From the NCBI GenBank assembly GCA_024641505.1, contig JAHECY010000026.1, positions 7,568 through 43,916 on the forward strand: a stretch of DNA of 36,349 bases, in the 5' to 3' direction. Position numbers and translations under genes: made by a program. Positions 26,704 through 36,349 of this stretch are shown piece after piece. How positions within the stretch are numbered: position 1 is the first letter of the stretch; every line of letters starts with the position of its first letter. This DNA comes from Gammaproteobacteria bacterium. GTDB taxonomy: Bacteria > Pseudomonadota > Gammaproteobacteria > SG8-11. The notes below the pieces were generated by a model, which was given only the letters and a program-made list of their open reading frames with translations, did no database searches and had not been told where the DNA came from.

Positions 26704-27963
26704 TTATTTGCCGGAGCCATGGCTGCCGGTGAATTCCGGATAAGCTTCGATACCGCAATCCACCAGATCCAGACCTTCGTATTCTTCTTCTTCACTGACT
26801 CGGATGCCCAGTACCGCTTTGAGAATGGACCAGACGATCAGGCTGGCGATGAATACCCAGGCGAAGATCGATACTACGCCCAGGAGTTGGGCGCCCAGTG
26901 AGGACTCAGGGTTGGACAAGGTGACCGCGATCAGTCCCCAGATCCCGCCAATACCGTGTACGGAAATGGCGCCGACCGGATCATCGATTTTCAGCTTGTC
27001 CATGCCGACGATGGCGAACACCACCAATACGCCGCCAATGGCGCCGACCAGAGTCGCCAGTCCCGGAGTGGGCGTCAGCGGTTCCGCGGTGATGGCCACC
27101 AGTCCGGCCAAAGCACCGTTCAGCGCCATGGTGAGGTCCGCTTTGCTGAACATCAGGCGCGCGGTGATCAGGGCGGCGATGACACCACCGGCTGCCGCGG
27201 CATTGGTGTTGACGAAAACCATCGCCACTGCGTTAGCCTCGCCGATATCGGAGATTTTCAGTTCCGAGCCGCCGTTAAAGCCAAACCAACCCAACCACAG
27301 GATAAAGGTACCGAGGGTTGCCATGGGCATATTGGCGCCGGGAATCGCGTTGATTTCGCCGTTCTTGCCGTATTTGCCGCGGCGCGCGCCCAGCAACAAG
27401 ACCCCGGCGAAGGCGGCAGCGGCACCGGCCAGATGTACCACGCCGGAACCGGCGAAATCCAGAAAGCCCGCTTGATCAAGAAAGCCGCCGCCCCATTTCC
27501 AGAAACCCTGGACTGGGTAGATGAACGCGGTCATGACCACGGCAAATGCCAGGAACGACCACAGTTTCATGCGTTCGGCCACCGCGCCGGAAACGATGGA
27601 CATGGCGGTTGCCACGAACACCACCTGGAAGAAGAAATCCGCCAGCTTGGAATAGTGGGGTGCGTCGTCACCACCGGCCATGACCATTTCGACCGTGTTA
27701 TCGGTACCCAGGAAGAAGCTGATACCGGGGATGATGGAGTTGATACCGTCGCCGTACATGATGTTGTAACCACAGATCAGGTACATGACGCAGGCGATGG
27801 CGTAAAGGGCGATATTCTTGGTGAGTATCTCAGTGGTGTTCTTGGAACGCACCAGACCACCTTCCAGCATGGCAAAGCCCGCCGCCATCCACATGACAAA
27901 CGCACCTGATATCAGAAGATAAAACGTATCTAGTGCGTAACTGAGTTCTTTTATTGCTTCCAC
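26704..27963 (-). CDS. amtB: ammonium transporter
   Basis: The 419-aa product has a GTG start with a GGAGG ribosome-binding site and typical Amt motifs (DFAGG, HGIGG). Confidence 0.9.
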   Translation of the reverse strand: MEAIKELSYALDTFYLLISGAFVMWMAAGFAMLEGGLVRSKNTTEILTKNIALYAIACVMYLICGYNIMYGDGINSIIPGISFFLGTDNTVEMVMAGGDDAPHYSKLADFFFQVVFVATAMSIVSGAVAERMKLWSFLAFAVVMTAFIYPVQGFWKWGGGFLDQAGFLDFAGSGVVHLAGAAAAFAGVLLLGARRGKYGKNGEINAIPGANMPMATLGTFILWLGWFGFNGGSELKISDIGEANAVAMVFVNTNAAAAGGVIAALITARLMFSKADLTMALNGALAGLVAITAEPLTPTPGLATLVGAIGGVLVVFAIVGMDKLKIDDPVGAISVHGIGGIWGLIAVTLSNPESSLGAQLLGVVSIFAWVFIASLIVWSILKAVLGIRVSEEEEYEGLDLVDCGIEAYPEFTGSHGSGK

Positions 27964-28002
27964 AGACTGTACCTCCGCTCGTGAAATTTTTATGTTGTTT
28001 GC

Positions 28003-28458
<456 letters not shown>

Positions 28459-28543
28459 TTAACAATTACAATAAGATATTGGTATTTTTCCGGTTGATCC
28501 GGGAGCTTGCATGCACCATTGTGTTGATTACTCCCGGTTTTGA

Positions 28544-28560
28544 TGCACTAACATGGTGCG
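28544..28560. promoter_or_regulatory. NtrC-type enhancer site TGCACTAACATGGTGCG, with a half-site at 28512-28527
   Basis: The site almost matches the E. coli glnA NtrC site TGCACCAACATGGTGC as I recall it. It lies about 100 bp upstream of the sigma-54 promoter. Confidence 0.55.
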
Positions 28561-28636
28561 TTTCGATGCGGCCATGGCGGCCAGGTTGCTGACGGGTGGT
28601 AGAATGAGCGGAACATTCAACAGGGGAACATAAACG

Positions 28637-28888
28637 ATGATCAGACCCAGTGCCATCGATGAACTGACGGACAGGATCGTGGGCTTGTTGCCGGATGCGG
28701 TGCGTCACTTTCAGGAGGATTCCCGCCAACATCTGCGATTGGGCGTTAAGGCATTATTGCAGCGCATGGATCTGGTGACGCGCGAAGAATTTGATATTCA
28801 AAAAGCGGTATTGGCCCGAACCCGGGAAAAGCTGGAGGTGCTGGAGCAACAGGTGGCGGCGCTTGAACGGGAGAGCAAGAACCGGTAA
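28637..28888 (+). CDS. ubiK: ubiquinone biosynthesis accessory factor UbiK (YqiC/BMFP)
   Basis: The 83-aa coiled-coil protein resembles YqiC (DL.TREEFD.Q..VL.RTREKLE.LE..VA.LE). Confidence 0.7.
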   Translation: MIRPSAIDELTDRIVGLLPDAVRHFQEDSRQHLRLGVKALLQRMDLVTREEFDIQKAVLARTREKLEVLEQQVAALERESKNR

Positions 28889-28966
28889 CGTAGCAATGAG
28901 TAATGGAGCGTCCCGCACTTTGACGCACAGGATTATACGGCAGGATGCCGATTTCCAGGATGGAAA

Positions 28967-30490
28967 ATGTCTCTCGCTATTGTTTTCAGCCGCGCCATGG
29001 CAGGTGTGGATGCGCCGCTGGTCACGGTGGAAGTTCACATCGGCAAAGGATTGCCTGGCTTGTCGATCGTGGGTCTGCCGGAAACCGCGGTCAAGGAAAG
29101 TAAAGACCGGGTGCGCAGCGCTATCTTCACATCCGGATTCAACTTTCCGGTGGGCCGCATTACGGTAAACCTGGCGCCCGCGGATTTACCCAAGGAGGGT
29201 GGACGTTTCGATCTGCCCATCGCACTGGGCGTGCTCGCCGCTTCTGAACAAATTCCCCTGACACCGTTGACGCACATGGAGTTCCTGGGCGAATTGGCGT
29301 TGGGAGGAGCATTGCGGTCGGTGCGTGGCGTATTGCCCGCCGCATTGCACTGCCGGGATGCCGGACGCATGTTGGCGGTGCCGGAAATAAACGTCGCCGA
29401 AGCGGCGCTGGTGTCCGATACGCGGCTGCTGGCGGCGCAGTCGCTGCTGCAGTGTTGTCAGTTCATTTGCGGTCAGGTACCGGCACCCCCGGTGAGCGCC
29501 GACCAGCGCATCCACGATACATCAATTGAGTTGCCGGATCTGGCGGATATTCACGGACAGCATTATGCCAAACGCGCATTGCTGGTGGCCGCTGCCGGCG
29601 CCCACAGTCTGCTGATGATCGGACCTCCGGGCACCGGTAAAACCATGCTGGCAAGCCGCTTGCCCGGTTTGCTGCCGCCAATGACGGAAGCCGAAGCGTT
29701 GGAAAGTGCGGCCATCGCATCAATCAGCGACCAGGGCTTTAATCCTGGTAAATGGCGGCAGCGGCCGTTCAGGGCGCCGCATCATACGGCTTCAGGTGTG
29801 GCATTGGTCGGTGGCGGCAGTAATCCACGACCCGGTGAGATTTCGCTGGCGCACAACGGCGTGCTGTTTCTGGATGAGCTCCCGGAGTTCAGTCGCCAGG
29901 TGCTGGAAGTCTTGCGGGAACCGCTGGAGTCGGGCACGGTCACCATCTCTCGTGCCGCGCGGCAGGCCCAGTTTCAGGCGCGCTTTCAATTGGTGGCGGC
30001 GATGAATCCCTGTCCTTGCGGATTTTTAGGACATGCCAACGGCCGTTGTAATTGCAGTGGGGACCAGGTGCAACGCTATCGGGGCAAGATCTCCGGCCCG
30101 TTATTGGATCGAATCGATTTGCATGTGATGGTGCCGGCCATGTCGTTCAATGATATTTCCGCAGTGCCCGCACAGCCCGGGACTTCCAGTGCGCAGGCGC
30201 GCGCGCAGGTGACCGCCGCTCGGCAACTGCAAACCGCCCGCGCGGGTAGCGCCAATGCAATGCTGAGCACGAAATGGCTCAGCCGCGATTGCGCGTTGGG
30301 CGCGGCGCAGCATCAGATGCTGGCGCAAGCTGTAGATACATTGGGGTTGTCAGCACGGGCTACCCACCGTATATTGCGAATTGCCCGCACCATTGCTGAT
30401 CTGGAGGGTGGTGGAGCAATTTCGCCGGCGCATCTTGGCGAGGCGATTGGTTACCGGCAGCTGGATCGCGCTGCCGGTATCAGGAATTAG
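28967..30490 (+). CDS. comM: YifB/ComM family Mg-chelatase-like AAA ATPase
   Basis: The 507-aa product begins MSLAIVFSRAMAGVDAPLVTVEVH. It has a Walker A motif (GPPGTGKT), a VLFLDELPEF motif and a C4 cluster (CPCG...C.C). Confidence 0.85.
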   Translation: MSLAIVFSRAMAGVDAPLVTVEVHIGKGLPGLSIVGLPETAVKESKDRVRSAIFTSGFNFPVGRITVNLAPADLPKEGGRFDLPIALGVLAASEQIPLTPLTHMEFLGELALGGALRSVRGVLPAALHCRDAGRMLAVPEINVAEAALVSDTRLLAAQSLLQCCQFICGQVPAPPVSADQRIHDTSIELPDLADIHGQHYAKRALLVAAAGAHSLLMIGPPGTGKTMLASRLPGLLPPMTEAEALESAAIASISDQGFNPGKWRQRPFRAPHHTASGVALVGGGSNPRPGEISLAHNGVLFLDELPEFSRQVLEVLREPLESGTVTISRAARQAQFQARFQLVAAMNPCPCGFLGHANGRCNCSGDQVQRYRGKISGPLLDRIDLHVMVPAMSFNDISAVPAQPGTSSAQARAQVTAARQLQTARAGSANAMLSTKWLSRDCALGAAQHQMLAQAVDTLGLSARATHRILRIARTIADLEGGGAISPAHLGEAIGYRQLDRAAGIRN

Positions 30491-31041
30491 CCGGTATAGT
30501 TGGAGGCTTCCTGGAGTACTTGTACCGGGAAGGGGTTCGCGTCGTAGCGGTCGGATGCTTGCTGCAGCTCTTGCACCAGGACGTCATACAGTTTGTCCTG
30601 AAACTGTTTGTCCATGTCACGCAGATGGCGTTTCAGGACCAGTTTGAAATCGGCGACGGCGTCCTCATTGCCTTGATTGGCGGCCAGTTCCAGCCACTTC
30701 ATGGCTTCCACACGGTCGCGATCGACGCCTTTGCCCATTTCGTACATCCAGCCCAGGAAATTCTGTGCGCGGGCATAGCCTTGTGATGCCGCTTTCTTGT
30801 ACCATTTAATGGCTTCGTGATAGTCAGGCTTGGAGACGATACCGAATTCGTACATATAGGCGACGTTGAATTGCGCGCGCATATGTCCGGAGGTGGCCAG
30901 TTCGTTCCAGATTTTAAAGGCGCCATCATAGTCACCGGAGCTGTAGGCCAGCATGCCATCACTGTAGTCGGCGGCGGCCACGGGATTAACGCTGAAACCG
31001 ATAAGTACCAGGGAAATAAAGGAAGCAGTTAGGAACCGCAT
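30487..31041 (-). CDS. Sel1-repeat (TPR-like) secreted protein
   Basis: A signal peptide MRFLTASFISLVLIGFSVNPVAAA is followed by Sel1 repeats (A.FN.AYMYE.G, KWYKKAASQGYARAQ..LGWMYE.G). The start is ATG 31041, which has an AGGAG ribosome-binding site 8 nt upstream. The track's GTG at 31050 is too close to that ribosome-binding site. Confidence 0.7.
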   Translation of the reverse strand: MRFLTASFISLVLIGFSVNPVAAADYSDGMLAYSSGDYDGAFKIWNELATSGHMRAQFNVAYMYEFGIVSKPDYHEAIKWYKKAASQGYARAQNFLGWMYEMGKGVDRDRVEAMKWLELAANQGNEDAVADFKLVLKRHLRDMDKQFQDKLYDVLVQELQQASDRYDANPFPVQVLQEASNYTG

Positions 31042-31200
31042 TGCATACACTCCTTCAAATAGGGCTGCGCTTTAAGACTTTTTCGGCCGTCAGCCTCGAA
31101 ACCTGAGCCATGAAGGGTAAAAGACAGATAATTTCTGCAATGCGGGGATCTATGACTTTCTACATTAAGTCAGGAAAAACAATAAGATAGCATCTTGGTA

Positions 31201-31215
31201 TATAATTAAATTGTA
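31201..31215. promoter_or_regulatory. near-palindrome TATAATTAAATTGTA overlapping a TATAAT -10 hexamer just upstream of pgl (HexR-type operator candidate)
   Basis: Read directly. About 12 of 15 positions match the TGTAATTAAATTACA-type HexR motif as I recall it. It lies only about 6-20 nt upstream of the pgl ATG. Confidence 0.25.
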
Positions 31216-31220
31216 TTAAC

Positions 31221-31949
31221 ATGAACAACTTACATATATTTGACGACAAAGAAGCAGCGATACGGGATTTGGCGGAACACTGGTGCCGCTGGAGCGCCAG
31301 GCGTGATGGCGACCGCAGGGGATTCCATGTCGCCCTGGCGGGCGGCAGTACGCCACAGGCCTTGTACCAACTATTGACGACCAGCGACTATGTGGAACGT
31401 ATGGCCTGGGAGAAAAACTGCTTCTTTTTCAGTGATGAACGTTGTGTCGCGCGTGATCATGCGGACAGTAACTATCGGATGGCGCGGTTGGCGCTCTTTG
31501 ACCATGTACCGATTGATATGTCCCATGTGTTTCCCATGCGCGGCGATGCCGCGGATTTGCACAAAGCGGCGGCGGAATACGAGCGTGCGATTCGCAAGAC
31601 CGTGCCTGACAAAGACGGCATTCCCTGTTTCGACCTGGTGCTTCTGGGAATGGGGGATGACGGGCATACGGCGTCTCTGTTTCCCGGCACCACGGCACTG
31701 GCGGAGCGCGACAGGCTCGTGGTGCCGGTATTTGTACCCAAATTTAATGCCTGGCGGTTGACGTTTACCTACCCGCTGATCAATCAAGCCACGCGCGTGG
31801 TGATCCTGGTGACGGGCGCCGCAAAAGCGGGAATTGTGGCGGAAGTCATCAACGGGGGAGGCGAGTTGCGTTATCCTATCCAAGGTGTCACGTCCGGTGG
31901 CGAACTTATCTGGTATCTCGATCGGGCGGCTGCCGCGCAACTCGAATAA
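31221..31949 (+). CDS. pgl: 6-phosphogluconolactonase (DevB type)
   Basis: The 242-aa product has GGSTP, FFFSDER and GMGDDGHTASLFPG motifs. Confidence 0.85.
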   Translation: MNNLHIFDDKEAAIRDLAEHWCRWSARRDGDRRGFHVALAGGSTPQALYQLLTTSDYVERMAWEKNCFFFSDERCVARDHADSNYRMARLALFDHVPIDMSHVFPMRGDAADLHKAAAEYERAIRKTVPDKDGIPCFDLVLLGMGDDGHTASLFPGTTALAERDRLVVPVFVPKFNAWRLTFTYPLINQATRVVILVTGAAKAGIVAEVINGGGELRYPIQGVTSGGELIWYLDRAAAAQLE

Positions 31950-31976
31950 TTTCCTCCAATCAGAAGGACGCCCCAA

Positions 31977-32972
31977 ATGCGAGTATTGACCGGTGACATT
32001 GGCGGTACCAAAACGTTTCTGCAAGTGGCGGATATCTATCCGAATCAATACAAGGTGATTTATGAGCGGGAGTACCGCAGCGCCGACTATGCGGAATTCA
32101 CGCCCCTGTTGAAAGAGTTTCTGCATGAGGCCGCGGGCAAGGCCGATTTGATTCTGGGCAGCGCGTGCATCGGTGTCGCCGGGCCGGTGAGCGATAATTG
32201 CGCACAGGTGACGAATTTAGAGTGGCGCCTGGACGCGGCACAACTCAGTAAAGACACCGGCATCGCCACCGTGAAACTGATCAATGATTTTCAGGCGATC
32301 GGTTACGGTCTGGACGGTATGAGCGGGCAGGAACTGCATACTTTGCAGGAAGGTAAACCGTTGCATCACGGGCCGCGCGTCGTCATCGGCGCCGGCACCG
32401 GTCTAGGTGAAGGCGTCATCTACTGGCATGAAGATGGTTACCGCATCCTGCCGTCCGAAGGCGGGCATACCAATTTTGCGCCGGCGGACGATCTGCAAGT
32501 GGAGTTTCTCCAGTATTTGCGCCGCCATGAGGCCACGGTGTGCTACGACATCGTATTGTCGGGCCGCGGACTTCACAATATGTATAAATTCCTGCGTGAT
32601 ACCGGCAAAGCTGAGGAGTCACCGGCGCTCCGGGATGCCATTCCCGTGGGCGATCCAGCGGAGGTGATCAGTCGGGCGGCATTGGCAGGCAACGATGCCC
32701 TGGCGGTGCAGGCCCTTGACCTGTTTTGTGCGATTTATGGTGCGCAAGCCGGGAACCTGGCGCTCACCACGGTGGCTTCAGGCGGCGTGTACGTGGCCGG
32801 TGGCATCGCACCCAAAATCATCGACAAGCTGGCGGACGGCGGTTTCATGCGCGCTTTTCACGCCAAGGGCAAGATGTCCGAACTGATGACCACCCTGCCG
32901 GTTTACGTGGTGCTCAATCCCAAGGTGGGCGTGATCGGCGCGGCCTTGTATGCCTGCCGCACCAGTAAGTGA
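31977..32972 (+). CDS. glk: glucokinase
   Basis: The 331-aa product begins LTGDIGGTKT... and has a GAGTGLGEG motif. An AGAAGGA ribosome-binding site is present. Confidence 0.85.
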   Translation: MRVLTGDIGGTKTFLQVADIYPNQYKVIYEREYRSADYAEFTPLLKEFLHEAAGKADLILGSACIGVAGPVSDNCAQVTNLEWRLDAAQLSKDTGIATVKLINDFQAIGYGLDGMSGQELHTLQEGKPLHHGPRVVIGAGTGLGEGVIYWHEDGYRILPSEGGHTNFAPADDLQVEFLQYLRRHEATVCYDIVLSGRGLHNMYKFLRDTGKAEESPALRDAIPVGDPAEVISRAALAGNDALAVQALDLFCAIYGAQAGNLALTTVASGGVYVAGGIAPKIIDKLADGGFMRAFHAKGKMSELMTTLPVYVVLNPKVGVIGAALYACRTSK

Positions 32973-33045
32973 CGGTAACGCTCGCGCCAAGCTAACCACT
33001 ACCGTAACGGCAAGTCGCCACGGTTCTCTCATCAAGTTAAATGCA

Positions 33046-33076
33046 AACGGTGCGTAGGGTAGGTATTACGCACCGT
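33046..33076. repeat. REP-like palindromic hairpin ACGGTGCGTA-(10 nt)-TACGCACCGT between the convergent glk and zwf genes
   Basis: A perfect 10-bp stem is read directly. It shares the GGTGCGTA/TACGCACC core with the elements at 3432-3545. No adjacent T-run. Confidence 0.5.
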
Positions 33077-33114
33077 GCAGCCCAGTCGGCACTCCGATGA
33101 CCAAGAGCCGCACA

Positions 33115-34602
33115 TCAATCCTCGTCATCCGGGTCCAACGAATGGCGCCACCACTGGTCTTCGCGGTCGAACAGGCGTTGTGTGGCACGCGGACCCCAGG
33201 TGCCCGCGGGATAGGTGTGAATGTATTCCCGTTCCATGGACCACACCCGAAGGATCGGGTCCACCACGCGCCATGCCCACTCCACTTCGTCATAGCGCAG
33301 GAACAGGCTGTGGTCGCCCTCGATTACATCCAGTAACAGACCTTCGTAAGCATCATAGGGAATTTCATCTTCCTCGCGGAAGTTGGCGTCGAGACTCAGC
33401 GAGCGGGTGCGCATCTCCAGGCCCGGTTGTTTCACCTGTACTTCCATGCGCACGCATTCCGTGGGTTGGATGCCCAACAACAACCAATCAGGCTTCAACC
33501 GATCCACCTGGGTGTTATGAAACAGGTGTTGGGGCGGGTGCTTGAACCGAATACTCACCATGGATTTACCTTCCGCCAGCCGCTTGCCGGTGCGCAGGTA
33601 AAAGGGCACATCGCGCCAGCGCCAGTTGTCGATATACAGTTTCAGTGCGGCATAGGTTTCGGTGACGCTGTTCTTGGCGGTTTCGTCTTCTTCCAGGTAG
33701 CTGGGGACCTTTTCGCCGTTGATCATGCCACTGGTGTATTGCGCCCGGAAGGAGTGGGCGTGCACCGCGCTCTGCGGAATCGGGCGAATCGATTTCAGTA
33801 CCTTTACTTTTTCATCACGCAGCGATTCGGCATCCATGGTGGCCGGAGGTTCCATGGCCACCAGGGTGAGCACTTGCAATAAATGACTTTGGATCATGTC
33901 GCGCAGGGCGCCCGCGCCGTCGAAGTACTCGCCGCGGCCGCCGATGCCGGCGGTTTCCGAGTGAGTGATTTGCACATGGTCGATATAGTTGCGGTTCCAC
34001 AAGGGTTCCATCAGCACGTTGGCGAAACGAAACACCAGCACATTCTGGATGGTGCCTTTGCCGAGATAGTGGTCGATGCGGTAGATCTGTTCTTCCTTCA
34101 GATGTCGCTGCAATTTGGTTTGCAGCATATGGGCGCTTTCCAGGTCGTAACCGAACGGCTTCTCGATTACTACCCGACGCCAGCCGCCATCTTCCGTGGC
34201 CAGGTTGGTTTCCGCGAGATTCTGGGTGACGATGCCGTATTCCGCGGGACGAATCGCCATGTAGAAAATAATATTCCTGGGAAATTCTGTATTAGTGTAG
34301 ATATGGTCACGCAGCGCGCCAAAGGAAGCGGCGTCCTTGAGGTCCCCTTGCTGGAAATGCATGCGCGCCAGCAGGCGATCCATGTTCTCGGCTTTGCCAC
34401 CGTCGCGGACTTTTGGCGCAAGGGTGCGGCGCACCTCTTCCCGCCATTGGCTGTCGGACCAGTCACGCCGGCCGAAACCAATGACTTTGCTGCCCTCGGG
34501 AAGTTTGTTTGCGCTTTCGAGATGGTACAGCGCCGGCAGCAGTTTCAACTGCGCCAGACTGCCGGTGGCGCCGAATATCACAAACGTGCAGGGTTCGATC
34601 AT
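33115..34602 (-). CDS. zwf: glucose-6-phosphate 1-dehydrogenase
   Basis: The 495-aa product has an NADP site ([11 protein letters not shown]), RIDHYLGKE-like and EKP.G motifs. Confidence 0.9.
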   Translation of the reverse strand: MIEPCTFVIFGATGSLAQLKLLPALYHLESANKLPEGSKVIGFGRRDWSDSQWREEVRRTLAPKVRDGGKAENMDRLLARMHFQQGDLKDAASFGALRDHIYTNTEFPRNIIFYMAIRPAEYGIVTQNLAETNLATEDGGWRRVVIEKPFGYDLESAHMLQTKLQRHLKEEQIYRIDHYLGKGTIQNVLVFRFANVLMEPLWNRNYIDHVQITHSETAGIGGRGEYFDGAGALRDMIQSHLLQVLTLVAMEPPATMDAESLRDEKVKVLKSIRPIPQSAVHAHSFRAQYTSGMINGEKVPSYLEEDETAKNSVTETYAALKLYIDNWRWRDVPFYLRTGKRLAEGKSMVSIRFKHPPQHLFHNTQVDRLKPDWLLLGIQPTECVRMEVQVKQPGLEMRTRSLSLDANFREEDEIPYDAYEGLLLDVIEGDHSLFLRYDEVEWAWRVVDPILRVWSMEREYIHTYPAGTWGPRATQRLFDREDQWWRHSLDPDDED

Positions 34603-34605
34603 GAG

Positions 34606-35517
34606 TTACTCCGCTTTCTTTACCGCGTGGCCGCCAAAGGCGTTGCGCATCATCGATAATAACCGATTGCCGTAGCCCACTTGATCCTGGCTGGCAAACC
34701 GCATGTGTAAAGCCAGGGTCATCACTGGCGCCGCGACGCCCTGATCGATGGCCTCGATGGCGGTCCAGCGGCCTTCGCCGGAATCAGGCACCACCGGAGC
34801 CACATGTTGCAGGGTCTGGTCCTGGGCGAGGGCGCTGGCGGTAAGATCGAGCAACCAGCTGCGAACCACGGAGCTGTGGCGCCAAAGCTCAGTGATTTGG
34901 GCCAGGTCCAACTGATAAGCGGTTTTGCCTTTGAGTAATGCCAGGCCTTCCGCGTATGCCTGCATCATGCCGTATTCAATGCCGTTGTGAACCATCTTGG
35001 TGAAATGTCCCGCGCCTATCGGACCCACATGAGCCCAACCGGTATCGGCTTTTGGTGCCAGCACCTTGAGCGCCGGACTGATGTTGGCCACGGCCTCTTC
35101 ATCACCACCCACCATCATGCAATAACCATTTTTCAAGCCCCAGATCCCACCCGAGGTGCCGACATCGACATAGTGCAGCCCACGGTTCTTGACCAGCGCG
35201 CCACGGCGCTCGGTGTCGTGATAGTTGGAGTTGCCACCATCGATGATGATGTCGCCCTTGCCCAGTTGGGGCGTGATGCGTTCGATCATTTCTTCCGTGG
35301 GTGCTCCCGAGGGTAACATTAACCAGACAATGCGCGGACTGCCGAGTTTTTTGATCAGCTCTTCAACGCTGCCCGCCGGGGTCATGCCTTCGTCCTTGAC
35401 AAGAGTGTCTACAATTTCCCGGGATCGGTTATAACCGACCACCTGGATGCCACCGCGGCATAAACGTCGTGCCATGTTGCCGCCCATTTTGCCAAGACCG
35501 ATTAATCCGAGTTTCAT
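34606..35517 (-). CDS. gnd: 6-phosphogluconate dehydrogenase (decarboxylating), short roughly 300-aa type
   Basis: The product begins MKLGLIGLGKMGGNMARRL. The start is set at 35517 with a GGAA ribosome-binding site. The gene lies 3 nt upstream of zwf. Confidence 0.8.
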   Translation of the reverse strand: MKLGLIGLGKMGGNMARRLCRGGIQVVGYNRSREIVDTLVKDEGMTPAGSVEELIKKLGSPRIVWLMLPSGAPTEEMIERITPQLGKGDIIIDGGNSNYHDTERRGALVKNRGLHYVDVGTSGGIWGLKNGYCMMVGGDEEAVANISPALKVLAPKADTGWAHVGPIGAGHFTKMVHNGIEYGMMQAYAEGLALLKGKTAYQLDLAQITELWRHSSVVRSWLLDLTASALAQDQTLQHVAPVVPDSGEGRWTAIEAIDQGVAAPVMTLALHMRFASQDQVGYGNRLLSMMRNAFGGHAVKKAE

Positions 35518-35600
35518 AACTGGGTTCCTGTGAGTGTGTAGCTTGAAGGTCAATAGTGTCTCATTGCATCCGGCGAACCGACAATCCCAAATATCCCATA

Positions 35601-35632
35601 GTTAATTTATGAGTTAATATGAGTCAGTTAAT
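35601..35632. promoter_or_regulatory. three direct GTTAAT repeats (35601, 35613, 35627) with a duplicated TATGAGT, about 85-115 bp upstream of gnd
   Basis: Read directly in the gnd-zwf upstream region. Confidence 0.3.
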
Positions 35633-35879
35633 ACCCTGGACGCTTTTTTACTCTCGATGTAACACTATGTATTGAATCGAGTATGCTAACCTTGTGTGAA
35701 GAAGAACGAGCGATTGACTGGTCGTTGACGCCAGGTAAGCAAGTTTGATTCCACTATAGCATTTGTTTGCCAGCCGATCATGGGTCGTTTTTCCGCGGGT
35801 GGAGTGTACGACGAAAGTCTAACGAAATGAAAAAAATTGTCCATGGAGTCATCCTGAGTCATTTGAGGAGCAACTACTT

Positions 35880-36080
35880 ATGAACGTGGCGGAAATCCGT
35901 GTAATTGCGCAGCAACATGGTATCAAAGCCGGCAAGTTGACAAAAACCGATCTAGTGCGACAGATCCAGACGACTGAAGGCAACAACCCCTGTTATGGCA
36001 CCGTGCCGGAACTGGATTGTGACCAGGGAGGATGTCTTTGGCGTACCGATTGTTTCAAGGATTCCAAACGCAAGTCGTGA
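35880..36080 (+). CDS. small Rho_N/SAP-like domain protein with a C-terminal Cys4 cluster
   Basis: The 66-aa product has an N-terminus (MNVAEIRVIAQQHGIKAGKLTKTDLVRQI) that resembles the Rho N-terminal helix-hairpin domain, and a C-terminus with C-x8-C-x4-C-x5-C. A GAGGAG ribosome-binding site lies 9 nt upstream. Confidence 0.55.
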   Translation: MNVAEIRVIAQQHGIKAGKLTKTDLVRQIQTTEGNNPCYGTVPELDCDQGGCLWRTDCFKDSKRKS

Positions 36081-36083
36081 TAT

Positions 36084-36349
36084 TCAGCCCACATAGCTGA
36101 GGGCTTGTTGATAGGCGGCGGTATAGTGCTGCGCGCTGGCTTGCCAGCTGAAATCCCGTGACATACCGGCCCGTTGCAGCGCGCGCCACTGCTTCTTGTC
36201 CTGGAACAGCAGATAGGCACGGTCAAGGGCGAGTTCCAGGTCGCTGATCTGTTCCTCGAAAAATACCAGACCGGTGGCCTGCTTGCGCCGCAGGTTTTGT
36301 GGCGTCGCATCCACGACAGTGTCCGCGAGTCCACCCACATTGTGAACGA
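36084..36349 (-). CDS. glgA: glycogen synthase, C-terminal part (N-terminus lies beyond the right edge)
   Basis: The product has GGLADTVVD and GLVFFEE motifs followed by a ...DFSWQASAQHY tail, as in GlgA C-termini. The frame stays open to the window edge. Confidence 0.75.
   Translation of the reverse strand, partial: VHNVGGLADTVVDATPQNLRRKQATGLVFFEEQISDLELALDRAYLLFQDKKQWRALQRAGMSRDFSWQASAQHYTAAYQQALSYVG

Noticed and set aside
26956-27909. 317-aa ORF antisense to amtB, and 33883-34659 (258 aa) antisense to zwf, 23455-24180 antisense to speE, 5696-6385 antisense to Anbu, and 1340-1846 antisense to the amylosucrase gene
   Set aside because: All overlap confidently identified genes on the other strand and have no family resemblance.

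Overview
This 36.3-kb window is a dense, mostly housekeeping chromosomal segment, probably from a gammaproteobacterium. Several proteins and regulatory sites resemble E. coli counterparts (ppnP, ubiK, fetAB, glnK-amtB with an NtrC/sigma-54 promoter). The organism cannot be named from the sequence alone. About 40 genes are supportable. Metabolism and transport: amylosucrase (GH13), a partial glycogen synthase at the right edge, aroG, pgl-glk and gnd-zwf, speA/speE, glnK-amtB, fetAB, map, ppnP, ubiK and comM. Other genes include a roughly 1,000-aa secreted S8 protease with seven Big_2 repeats and a flotillin-like SPFH protein. The most interesting part is 5.7-10.7 kb: a non-canonical Anbu (ancestral proteasome beta subunit) locus. 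Anbu comes first and ends at its own intrinsic terminator. After a 380-bp structured spacer come a circularly permuted ATP-grasp (COG2308) and an alpha-E (COG2307) protein that overlap by ATGA. The expected transglutaminase-like partner is absent. A Glu/Leu/Phe/Val-family (glutamate) dehydrogenase gene sits in its place, with a perfect AGGAGG ribosome-binding site and no terminator before it. This arrangement looks like an undescribed variant of the Anbu/peptide-ligase system. Other features of interest are a family of GGTGCGTA...TACGCACC palindromes (paired terminator-like hairpins upstream of the amylosucrase gene and between glk and zwf), a ppnP-MerC-like-map operon, an overlapping thioesterase/mini-NudC pair, and several candidate operator palindromes. 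No tRNA, rRNA, CRISPR or obvious mobile element was seen. Coordinates follow the supplied ORF track. All functional assignments come from recalled sequence-family resemblance, not from database searches.
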